A stretch of DNA of 64,000 nucleotides from Vicugna vicugna (Eukaryota), in assembly GCA_013265495.1 (NCBI GenBank), contig MU058781.1:476963-540962 (forward strand). Direction: 5' to 3'. This document shows positions 12,501-23,639 of this stretch, one piece after another. The translations under genes and the position numbers were made by a program. The first letter of the stretch is position 1, and each line of letters opens with the position of its first letter. The notes under the pieces are model-generated. The model did not search any database. It had not been told where the DNA came from and saw nothing but the letters and a program-made list of their open reading frames with translations.

Positions 12501-13904
12501 GCCCTTTCAGAGCGGTTGGTAAAGCTTAAGCCTCGCCTCTCTGTGTGGTTCTTCCCTCTCTTTCTTTTCTTTCACTGTGACAAGCAGCCATTGTCCCCTT
12601 GGTGAGATCCGCAATATTACTTTGACCCCAGCCCATCAATCTGCCTCAATTGGATAATGATCTGTAATCACTTTCTTTCAGGGGAGTCTATAAATTTGCC
12701 AAGGTCCCTTTCTTTTCTGAAGGGCTCCTTATGTTCGCTCCCATTTGTGCAAATGCTCCCTCTTTTACAGGCTAAATAGCCATGCACATGTCCATTCTGT
12801 GCGGAGGCACCGGGCGGGTCTCTGTTGATTTTCCATGCTCTCCTCTCTTAAAGGGGACTGAGTCTGACATGCCGGGACACAGCTGGGGGTGGCCAAGCCC
12901 GGCCACATCACAGGCAGCCGCTTTTCTCATTAAGACTGACCCCTCATTAGGTCACTGTGTGCCATCCTGGCCATCAATGAGCTTAATGTTTAGTGCAAAA
13001 AAAAAAAAAAAAAAGAGAGAGAGAAAGTTATATGGAAAGGAGCTTGGAGGTGGAAGGGGAAAGGGAAATTGTAGAAAGAATAGAGAAACCCATTCCTTCT
13101 AAGTCAGAGGCATATACTTTTTCTAGCAAAGGGTAAAAGTAACTCAAATACCATTATTTGATATCTCAGATATCCCCTTCTGGTTCTGCTGGTTTTCTAC
13201 AAATCGTAACATTTCTTAGACCCTACTCTTCCCCAAGGCCTCTAGTCTTCTCATTAAGTAGGAAGAAAGGCCCTATAACTGAGGCTAAGTCTACGTTGGC
13301 TGGGGAGCCACGTGGCGAAGACAAAGGTGGTCGAAGTTCATACGCATGAGGGTGATTTTGGAGTGTCTGGAGGATTTGGTTCAATGTTATATGCACCCAG
13401 ATAGATTTGTTGTGACCATAGCCAAATGGAACCAATGAGCAACGAAAAAGAAGACACCCAGAACATAATCTAAACCGCTCCTATGTTAAGGGAAATTGCA
13501 AAAGGCTTTTTGGCCATCTTATTCCAACACAAAGAGAAAGTGTCTAAGCACAGTGAGAGGCACAGAAATAAACACATTTCAATCGGAACAAGCGATAATG
13601 AGCAAAAGAGCTTGAAAAGCTGGGAGATTCTGACCTTCGGACAACACAGACTGGTGATAAAAATGGTTTTCAAGAAGACGGAATTTCTTTCCAAATCTCT
13701 GTGTCTGATTAGTTTATAGCAAACCAGTGATGCAGTTGTTTTTAGCTTTGGGGAGGACAGTTTAGGAAAACAATAAAGAACATCACAAGACAGTCAAGGG
13801 GACACCAGATTAAATAGCAAACAATTTAAATAATGTTTGCATTTGGCACCATCCTACGGGGGAAAAATATATATACTTTAACTTTCACATTCCTGTACTT
13901 AGTC

Positions 13905-14032
13905 CTTTTAAGCATGGAAAAATTGACTTATAACATGTTTATACAGAAAGCATATGAAACATAAATGTAGGTTTTAGTGAATAATTACAGAACAAACATC
14001 CATGTAACCACTACGCTGGTTAAGGAACCGAC
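13905..14032 (-). mobile_element. L1ME-type 3' end fragment
   Basis: atacagaaagcatatgaaacataaatgtagg...tgaataattacagaacaaacatccatgtaaccactac resembles the antisense L1ME 3' end. Confidence 0.65.
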
Positions 14033-14104
14033 TTTGTGACTGACATATTAGAGGCAGGCTTTAAAAAGAAAAAGTAACTCTCCAGACCAGCCGGGTCCTA
14101 GTAC

Positions 14105-14285
14105 GAATCATAGATTGTATGAGGCCTGATGAAACCCTCTGAGGTCACACAGTCCACACGACCTCATCAAGAAAGAAGAGGCTAATGCCAGAAGTGGCTA
14201 AGAGACTAATGTTGGGTGTCACGTCCAGGAGGGGCTAAAGCGAGGCTGCATGCCCGGCCACCTCACTGCTTTTCCACTGTTTCTT
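14105..14285 (-). mobile_element. MIR3-like SINE
   Basis: gaatcatagattgtatgag...gaaaccctctgaggtcacacagtcca...gaagaggctaatgccagaagtggctaagagact...gcttttccactg. Confidence 0.55.
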
Positions 14286-14989
14286 CCGTCTCATCAGGGG
14301 CCCATGGTGCAGAAACCTACAAAGTGTTTCTGTAACACAACACCCTTGTTTGTGTCCTTATTGTAAGTCTCTGTGCTGAAGTGTTGCCATCACATACTGA
14401 AGGAGACCCAACTCATTCAGTATCACCACTGAGCTCGTTCTACCAGTGGAATCACACACATCGGGAAAAAACCTGACTCTAAATACAGAGGGAAAATATC
14501 TTGTTTTGTTTATAAAATGGTCATACATAAAACGGTCTGACAATTCCAAGCACTGAAGCCAGAGACATACTTAAGAAGTTTTGCTATTACCAATAGCCAA
14601 TGAATAGTGCTGTGTTGCTCCAGTTACAGGCCATTATTATTCAAATTATAAAACGGGTCATGAATGTCCAATTTCAACTCCGCTTTTTTCCACTGCAATT
14701 CTCTAGCGAAAAGGTAATTAAGGAGTTATGAGAACTATAAAATACGCCACATATAACAGTACATACATTTCACACAACTTTTTTTTTCCCCCAAAAAAGT
14801 AAACTGTATCTCAGGGTTGGTTTTGCTTTGTCTGGAAAAGTATAGGGTTAGTAAAAGTTAAAAAAAAATGTTTCCAATAAATTATTGACAAAAGAACTAC
14901 TAACTTAGAAAATGACCAGAAATTTTGTAGGCCCCCTGGTGCAAGACTAACATTTTTTCTTCTTATTGGTAAAGATGATCACTATTTTC

Positions 14990-15165
14990 ATCAAAGCTTC
15001 CTCAGGTACAAGTAACACCGATCTCTGCCATTCTGCAGAAGAAACAGTAGTGTGGCTCCGAGAGATTGTTCCTTGCACGAGGTCATACAGCTGGTAAACA
15101 GCTGGTTAGAATTTGAGCCTAGGTCAATCTGACCCAAAGGCACATGTATTTTCTACTATCTGCTG
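14990..15165 (-). mobile_element. MIR SINE
   Basis: ccattctgcagaagaaaca...gctccgagagattgttccttgcacgaggtcatacagctggtaaa...gaatttgagcctaggtcaatctgacccaaag. Confidence 0.8.
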
Positions 15166-16869
15166 CACATCTAGTTATTAAATTTAATTCAATATTAATT
15201 TGTTCCAAAGATACAAAAAATATATATCTAAAATCTACAAATTATCATAGGTCTTCTTTATTCCCAGTTATAGACACTATGGACACAAGATGACACAATG
15301 GAGACTTTGCCTTAAAAATAACTCCCAGGCTCTTCCGCGCGTCACCTAACAACGCTTCATCGGAGGCTCCCTAATATTTTAAGCATATTTATTATTCTAA
15401 GTTGTTGTTAGTGTATTAGTTAGCTGCTCATATAAGCAAACCAAGCCTACAGTGCGTTAAGCTATAATTTGGAAAACTCAAAGTTGTTACTGAAAGCCAC
15501 GTTACACAGATGTTCCACGTAAACCACGCTGGATGCTGAAACAAACGAACAAAAGAATGTGCAAGTGGCCGAAACAGAAAGGTGAGAACAAATGGCGCAA
15601 TCACGTAAAACTCCTTTTAGAAAGAGAAAGGCAATTATGCATAAAGCAAGAACTGCTTTAAATGGCTGTATGTTCGCTCACATTGGAAGAGGAGGGAACA
15701 GTTCTGCTTCCTGATAGAAAAGAAAACTGTTTCGAAGTTCATGAAAAGGTCAGGCCCGACGACTGTCTAAAGGAACTCCGGAGAGCACCAGAAAGACTGG
15801 AAGAGAGATTTGGAGAGACAGAGATATGATTAAAGAGTTCACAGGCAAGATACAAGCATTTATAGCAGTCTGCCACCCAGGGTGTTTTAATAGTAAGTAG
15901 ATCTTACTGAAGAGCCCCAAGCCAATTGTTTAGGGTTTAAAAAGACAAAAAAAACCCCACCAAAGCCAAAACCAAAAGAACACCAGAAAAAAAAAAAGAA
16001 CCTTACAGTACATACATAGCAACACATGACTGGGGTTGGAATCTACCTTTCAGAGGGATGAAAAAGAAAGATAAAGCATGGTCTCTAATCATACACTTTT
16101 CAGTTTACTAGAGTCTTGTGGAGGATATGAGCAACTAACTAATACAGTAAGAACAACTTAGAGTAATAAATATGCTCCTCACGACCTTTTTTGTTCCCAC
16201 AAAGAGTATGAGGCAAAGAGAGGCTGAATGATGTGTTCATTACCACTACGCTAGCTCCAAATTCCTTCCTCCCAACCCAGGCACCTTTCCTTGTCATATT
16301 GGCAGCATGCTCTCTATTAAGCACTATTATTTTTGTCTCTTAGTCAAATTCCTTGGCTTTTTTTTTTTTGGTGCTTTTTAAAATTTCATAAATAACTTAT
16401 CTTTTATCTTCCTCCTTTAAAGTGTTGAACATGGTCATCTTCTCTGCCACTTCCTTCCAGGTGTTCCAGAGTATTTTGGGGTTCCCAGCTAACTCTCCTT
16501 TCCAGGAAGCTTCCTGTTGATTAATCTTGGTTCCCAAAGAGTGGATATAAAGTCACAAAAACAAAGAGCCACAGCTTCCACCAGCAGGGCAGTTGGGAAT
16601 TTATTTCCATTCAGCAAATGAGCAAATTGAAACAGGGTGAAGCTCTGCTGACACATCCTCCGGAGAAGATTTTTACCCAGGTGTAAAGTAACCCCAGCTG
16701 CTGGAGAAGCAGCGAAGCTCTGCCTCACTCACCTCGCCCTGGTTGGCCCCTTTCAGTGATGCCTTGGATTTTTGTTCCATGGTTCATTTGTTCGTTTATT
16801 TTAATTAACTGGAATTGGTCTCAATAATAGGCCTGAAAAGTAAGGGATCCATTAGCTATAGCAACAACA

Positions 16870-17095
16870 AAAGGGCAGCATTCAGTACATCCAGTGATTT
16901 GGACCTAGAGGTCTGGGTTTGAATTTCAGCTTTATCCTTTATCACCTAGGTGAACTTCAGCAAGCTAATGTCACTCCCTGAAATTCCATCACACCAGCCC
17001 ATAAGCAGGGACAATGTTATCAGCTTCACTGGGTGGAGTATGGGTAAGTGAAATACTATAAACAGAATTATCTACCCTAGTATCTGGCATAGCTC
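16870..17095 (+). mobile_element. MIR SINE
   Basis: ttggacctagaggtctgggtttgaatttcagctttatcctttatcacctaggtgaacttcagcaag...cctagtatctggcatag. Confidence 0.75.
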
Positions 17096-18324
17096 TGCCA
17101 TGTGATACACTTTAGCTGTAGTTACTACACCCTCCTGGAGCAGCTTAAAAAAAATAGCACAATTGTACATAAAAGTAGCAAGTAAGAATACGACGTGGTT
17201 GTTCATAAGATAATTCTTGACCTTTCCCTGAGCCTCTGAAATTTGCTCATGTTTGCTACGAAAGCCTGAAAAAAATCCATAGCTGAGTATTCACGGCTAG
17301 ACTCATTGCTTATTAAGAGTGTTATTATGCGATAGCACCGGGTATGTAATAAAGGCATAACAGATATGTGTTGACTGAATTAACAAATCCATAGAGCTTT
17401 ATCCTGTTTATATGTAGTTGTATAAAAGCTTCCTTCACTTTGCTGTATAAAAAAGTAAAGTTCTCCCCTCTACCTTTTCAAAGAAGCTCATTCTTGAAGC
17501 CATGAGTTAGAAGCACTTCTCATCATCTTAAATAATCTCAGCAAATTCCCTCCCAAAACCATTTGTAAAATGTTGGGAAACAGTGAAATACGAATGCTAC
17601 CATGGGATCATATACTGGAATGGGAAGAGAAGGAATAAACAGAGAAAGAGAGCAGAGCCCAAGTTATGTCACAGTTTTCTCACATTAAAAAAAAAAGTGC
17701 AACGCTCAAGATTCAGAATGGCAAGAACTATGGAAGATACTGAGGAAGGTGCTTGGTTCGGGGCCACCATTTGGATACTATCCTTTTAGAAGACGGACTT
17801 TTGCATTAAATAGTTTAATGTGCATTTAAAGTTGAGGTGTTCTTTATTTGGGTCCCTTAGGAATTATTAATTTTAATATATTGAGAACTTTGTGGTGGTT
17901 TGTATGGGAAGAAGTGGATGTATAAGAAAATGTTCAGAATCTGCTAAAATATTTTACCGGCAGCTATCGCTGTAGTTATAAAGCTCTCTATTAAGGTTCA
18001 AGGGGGTTGTATTAACATGATGCATTTTCACACGGAGACACCTTCCTTCCTTCCTTCCCTCCTTTTTTCCTTTCACCCTCTCATACTTCGCTGTTAAAGA
18101 AGAACCCGTCAAATTCACTTGATTTAAAACAGAGTTCTTGGAAATTCAATTCTAGCTAGTGGTCAATGTTCTAGAAAAATATGCATTTTCTTTGTGAGCC
18201 TCATATTCATTCCTCTGAGTGATTAATGTCTCGAAGCTTGTTTGTTTCACTCTGTAAAATACTTCACTATTTAAATTTATATTTAAAAGTTAATTTCTGT
18301 TCAAAATGTATTAAATACGTAATG

Positions 18325-18600
18325 GCGTTCCAGTCTGTTGTGAAATTCCACCAACAGGCAGCTTTGGCTTTGAGGTTCTCCCTCACTCAGCCTGGCCAGA
18401 CTTGAACAGAGCTGCTCTTTATTCTGAGACTTCCTGTCCATATTCCTTCCTTCTCTTTCCCCTTTCCCCATTATCATAGTTGTATTGGGGTCTGAATGTC
18501 TCTCATGACTAGTCTTTCTCTCTTTCCCTTCATCCTTCAAAGATGTTTCCCCCAATAAACCTTTTGTACATCAGTTATCACATCTTGATGTCTACTTGGT
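18325..18600 (+). mobile_element. ERVL LTR fragment (LTR16-like)
   Basis: 3' end cccaataaaccttttgtacatcagttatcacatcttgatgtctactt resembles the LTR16 terminus; upstream cctggccagactt...gagctgctc also fits. Confidence 0.65.
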
Positions 18601-18619
18601 ATTTTTAAAAATTTTCAGG

Positions 18620-20460
18620 TGTGAGATTTTATAATTTGTGAATAGACATATTTCCAATTCTTCTTTTCCAACTCTTATGTTATATATTTTCTTTTCTCTC
18701 ATTGCACCGGAATGCACCAAAATAGTGTTAAGTATATTAGATACAGTGGATATTTCGCTTATTCCTTATATTGAGAATGATGCCTTTATTTTTTCCCAAT
18801 ATATAATATGCTGGCTTTAGAATTGTTGTGCATATATTTTTTGAAGTTAAAGAAGTCTCTGCTATTCTTATTTTGTTTAATGCTTTAATCAGGAATTGAT
18901 ACTAGATTTTGTAGATGACTAGAGAAAACTGTATGATTTTTTTCCCATAAATCAATTGAAATGGTGAATTATATTAATGGGTTTCCTAATATCGAATTTT
19001 CTTTGCATTCTTGGAATATATCCCGCTTACTTACATCATGTCATTTTATGTATTGTTGGAATTTCTTGCTATTTTTATTAAGTTTTTTTGTACCAATATT
19101 CATAAGTAAGGTTGGTCTATACTTTTCTTTGTTCTGTGATATATTTATCAGGTTTATCTGTAATCATTATTTAAAATCAAGATTTTCTTTTTTCATGCAT
19201 ACTACAGAAGCTTTAGGACTACCTGGTCTTTGTGTATTGAAGGCCAGTTGCTCTTTATGGGGTAGTTCTTTAATAAAGCCTTTTGTTCCCTTGTATAAGA
19301 AACTGAGATATTTATGCATTCTATTTATATGAGGGTCAACTTTTGGTGTATTAAGTTTTTCTAGGAAATCATCCATTTTATCTAGATTTTCAAATTAGTT
19401 AAATAATTGTAATAGTTGGTTATGACTTTTTCAAAATTCTCTTTTCTTTAGTGTATATTTTCCCCTCATCATTTCTTCTTTTGTGTATTTGCGCTTCTCA
19501 TTTTAGTTGTTGATTAGTTTGGCTACTAATTTGTTATGTAAGAAAAATCAAGAATGATCATTTTGATTTATTTATCTCCTCATTATTCTGTTTTATATTT
19601 CATTAAATCTGCCTATATCTGTATTATTTCCCTCCTTCTGTTTGCTTCTGTTTTGCTTTGTGATCCTTTCTTTGCAGCTTTGTTACTAAAAAGTCTAACT
19701 TACTTATTTCTATGATTGAATTTTCAGTTATGTAAATTTTGGAAGCTTTAGATATTTCTTTGATCACTACTTTATTTCCCATAGTTTCTGACATACAGTT
19801 TTCATTATGGCTAGTGTTATGAATTCTGCAGTTTTTGATTAACCCCTTTTCCCCAAGATTTACTTAATAGAGACCTATTTTTTTTTAAATCTAAGTTAAA
19901 GATTTTTTAACTCAGTTTTATTATTTTTTATTGAGTTCCTTTGAACAGATAACTTGTTTGAATTATTTATACTCTACGAAATGTGTTGAGATTTTTCTTT
20001 GTGACATTGTATGTAGCCAATTGTGAATGTTCAATGTGCATACATTATTAGGATGTATGAAATAAGCTACAAGGGTGTACTGTGCAACACAGGGAATACA
20101 GCCAACGTGTTATAAAAACTATAAATAGAGAAAAACCTTTAAAAATTGTGAATCACTGTATTATACACCTGTAACTTATATAATATTGTACATCAACTAT
20201 ACTTCAATAAAAATAAATAAGTTACTGGGATGTAAAGCTTGATATACTCATAAGATGTACCTTATTGTTCGCACGAAGTTGTTTGTATCCTTACTTGTTT
20301 GTTTTCCTTGCATTTCATTAATCAAAACCAGAAACCAGTGTGTTAAACATGCTATTATAAGTGGGTTTCTCTGTGATCTTTCTTAATTTCTTCTCTAGTA
20401 ACATATTATTTGCACAGATTTTATAATTTTTGTGTCCTTATTGCAAATTAATGGATTTGC
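18620..20460 (-). mobile_element. Old L1 ORF2 fragment (EN to RT region)
   Basis: T-rich antisense L1 ORF2; track ORF 19167-19376 (MDDFLEKLNTPK...PGSP) resembles L1 ORF2 MDKFLEKYNLPK...SPGPDGF. Confidence 0.85.
20052..20220 (+). mobile_element. Younger cetartiodactyl-type L1 3' end inserted in the older L1
   Basis: aaataagctacaagggtgtactgtgcaacacagggaatacagcc...aatcactgtattatacacctgtaacttatataatattgtacatcaactatacttcaataaaaataaataa, ending in an A-rich tail. Confidence 0.85.
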
Positions 20461-20484
20461 TCGAAGTGAGGATGTCAGCTCAAC

Positions 20485-21105
20485 AAAGCATGCTGTGTAC
20501 AATGGCAACAGGAAAAAAATGACAGATTTGAGAAAGGTTACTTGCAATATTTAAAATCAACAAAGAACAAATATTTAGATTATGTAAGGGATTCTTGTAA
20601 AACAATAGGAAAAAGAAAGAGAAGCTTAATGGGGAAATGGGCACAATACATACAAACAGGCAAAAGAAGAAACCAAAAAAGCAACTAAGCATATGACGAC
20701 ATGCAAAAATTCATCTGCCATTGGATAGACGAATATTAGAACAGTGAGACCCCTTCAGACCTACTAGCATGAGAACAATTGGAAAGCAGGATAATGTCCA
20801 GTGTTAGATGGGACGTGCGGGTAATGAAGCCCTTACTGAATGTTATGCAGAATGGGGATCAGACCACCCCCACACCAGCAATGCAGTGCTTAGGCAATCA
20901 AGGAGAGAAACACATTTTTGGCATGTCACTGAAGCATTCACTAATACACTGTACTTAGATTTAATTTCTTGTGTAACTGACGACACATTGCCAGTGAGAT
21001 TCTCAAACAAGTTCCTAAAGGGCATAAGCATACAAACTCACCACAGCACTGCTGTTTGTGGTGGTGCTGAGTGTAAGAAGAAACATACTGCGTCTGTGAT
21101 TTAAT
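20485..21105 (+). mobile_element. Old L1 (L1ME-type) ORF2 end/3'UTR fragment
   Basis: aaatgggcacaatacatacaaacaggcaa...taagcatatgacgacatgc...gataatgtccagtgttag...cacagcactgctgtttgtggtgg. Confidence 0.7.
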
Positions 21106-22052
21106 CAAACACAAGGAAGGGTTGCATGTGGGAAGGAAAGCAGAATGGGAGTGAAGAAGGAAACTAAGAGGAGAAATGACTCAAACAAGAGAGGAGCTTC
21201 GCATGGTCAAGAGGCGATGGGCAGCCAGGAACGGATGGGTGTAATTAACTCAGCTGTGCACCCGAGGGCACTTATATATCACCCAATAGAAAGGCCCACA
21301 GTTAAGTCTGGAATGAGTCAATACTTCCCTCCAGAACGCTACCTAATGTCCTCAGGGCTTGCTTTCAACAAAGGTAAATACGGTTAAAGAGGAGAAAAAT
21401 TCCATTTTCAAGAGCTGCTGTTTAGAAGCTTTGGTTTCTCGATGGCCAGACCTGAGCTAGGACTAAGTTCAGGTCTCCATAACCTTAAAGGAACTCCATT
21501 TCAGACCTGAGCTCGTATCTAACACATACATTAATTTTATTTAGAATTTTAAACAATTTTCAATAGCAATAAAAGTAAAAATTTTTAAATGATTTATTAA
21601 TAAGTTAATTTTCCTCCATGATACAGGGCATTAACTGTAACAGTTCATATTTACCCATGATGTAGCAATTTGAAACCGCTAACTCTAGAATATGGCTCTT
21701 TGCTCAAACCTAGGCATGGCAGAGAAAAATGAACAATTCGTGCTTAGGCGATCGAGGATATGAACAATTTTTTGTCATATTACCAAAGGGTTGTACTGTT
21801 TCAAATTTTTAACTGGTTTCTATGTTTATCATAAATATATTATATAATTCATTAGTAACTATTTTATTGCATAAGCAGTCACTATTATATCATTATTGTG
21901 AACTTTTGGGGGAAATAAGACTTTAAATAGAAAACAAAGAATCTTTTTATATTATATCATCTTTTTAAACTCATCTTTGAGATGTCGAGGAGAAAAAGCA
22001 CTGACATTCTCAAAACTAATGAACCAATAAACGCAAAATTGAAGTTTGGTCT

Positions 22053-22586
22053 TACACTAGTCACTCATTATTTCATGATAGATTATTACAAATACAGAAG
22101 GTTAGAACAAAACAGGTTTATTATCCGCATCTCTTGTGGGTTACAAGTCCAGGCACCGCTTAACTGGGTTCTCTAAAGGTTCCAATCAAGGTGTTGGTTG
22201 AGTTTTCACCTGGAGGCTTGACTGGGAGAGAGTCCACTTTCTAGCTCGGTCCACTGTTGACAGAATTCATTTCCTTGCATTTTAGGACCGAGGGCCCAGC
22301 GTTTTGCTAGTTTTTGTCGGGAGGCCACCTGCCGCTTCCTGGCATGTGGGCCTCTCAACCTGGTCACTTTCTTCATCAAAGCCAGAAAGGGAGAAAATCT
22401 CAGAGCATGTCTTCTAATGAGATGGGGTCTAAGGAAATGTAACATAATCGTAAAAGTTGCATTCCATTGTTTTTGCCATATTCTCTTGGTAGAAGTGAGT
22501 CACAAGTCCTGCCCTCACTCAAAGGAAAGAGATTACTAAAAAAATTTATCAGGCAATGAGGGTCACTGTTGAGCCCATTTACCACA
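22053..22586 (-). mobile_element. MaLR LTR (MLT1E/F-like)
   Basis: tttattatccgcatctcttgtggg...ctggaggcttgactgggagagagtccact...cagaattcatttccttgca...tttgccatattctcttggtagaagtgagtcac...tttaccaca. Confidence 0.88.
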
Positions 22587-22794
22587 GATCTGAATCATTC
22601 AGTTAGAAGAAAACAGAGCACAAACCTTATAACTCTCCCAAATTAGTTTTTACCAGCAGGTGATACATGAAGCTCCAAGTTTCACTGAAGTATGCTTTCT
22701 GTTTCTGATGACAAGTTCTTAAATGGGCTACATTATATGATTTTAGATGATTCTGTACATTTTAAGTCCATTAGAAAGTACTAAGTTTTAAAGA

Positions 22795-22980
22795 ATATTT
22801 TTGTATTTAAGCCTAACAGAAAAAAAGTACACAAATCACAGGATCCAGCTTGATAGAGTTTTGCACATTGAATATGACCATCTTGTCATCATCTGATCAA
22901 GTCTTTTGCCCATATTTCCACTGATGTATCTTTTTCTTACTGACTTCTAGCAGTTATATATATATTCTGGATATGATCAC
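22795..22980 (-). mobile_element. L1 fragment
   Basis: acagaaaaaaagtacacaaatcaca...gatcaagtcttttgcccatatttccactg...tatatattctggatatga. Confidence 0.6.
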
Positions 22981-23039
22981 AGTACACAAGTAAAACTTGG
23001 CAAATGCCTGGAAGGCAGGGTTGCAGCAAAAATGAGAGC

Positions 23040-23406
23040 ATCCAGGGCTAATAAAACAAATCATTAGAATTAGCTAATGAAAATGCAGCCTGACATTAAG
23101 AAGCATGGAAACCAGGGCAAACCTGGGTAGCAAAAATGTACTGACCTTTGTGCTATCATTCTGTCCTTCATTTGACACAGCTTCCAACTAGTAGTCTCAA
23201 TTTATCTCAAATTAAACATTCCAAGAGATAGATTTTCGGGCCCAACATTGGTCAAGTGTTGCTTGTTTCTTTTCCAATCACCCATAGCTCAGGGGTACAT
23301 TAAGAACACAGAGAGCTGCTGCACGTTAGTCCCTACGGAAGAGAGACATTTCTCAGAAAAATAGAATGTATCGTGGCCTGGACAGACACCCTAAAATTCG
23401 TCTACT
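23040..23406 (-). mobile_element. Old MaLR LTR (MLT1J/K-like)
   Basis: aaacattccaagagatagattttcgggcccaacattggtcaagtg...ccaatcacccatagctcagggg...tttctcagaaaa...ggacagacaccctaaaattcgtctact. Confidence 0.55.
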
Positions 23407-23417
23407 TGGCAATGGAG

Positions 23418-23600
23418 GGAGGCAGTGTTGTGTGGAGGAAAGAGAAGTCAGACTTTGCAGACAAAGGAACCTGTGTCTGAGTCTCAGCTTTGCTACTCAC
23501 TGGCTTTAGTACTTCTGTTCAGTTTAATGAAACGCTGTACATGAGACTTGTCGTCTTTAAATACCAACCTCACAGGATCATTTGAGAATTAAATAGGATA
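23418..23600 (+). mobile_element. MIR SINE
   Basis: ggaggcagtgttgtgtggaggaaagag...gactttgcagacaaaggaacctgtgtctgagtctcagctttgctactcactggct...tgagaattaaatag. Confidence 0.85.
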
Positions 23601-23639
23601 GGTCTCCTGCCAAAGGGAAAGGTTGATTGCAGAAGCAGA

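Noticed and set aside
18961..19332. 123-aa hydrophobic ORF resembling a membrane protein
   Set aside because: It is the T-rich antisense strand of L1 ORF2.
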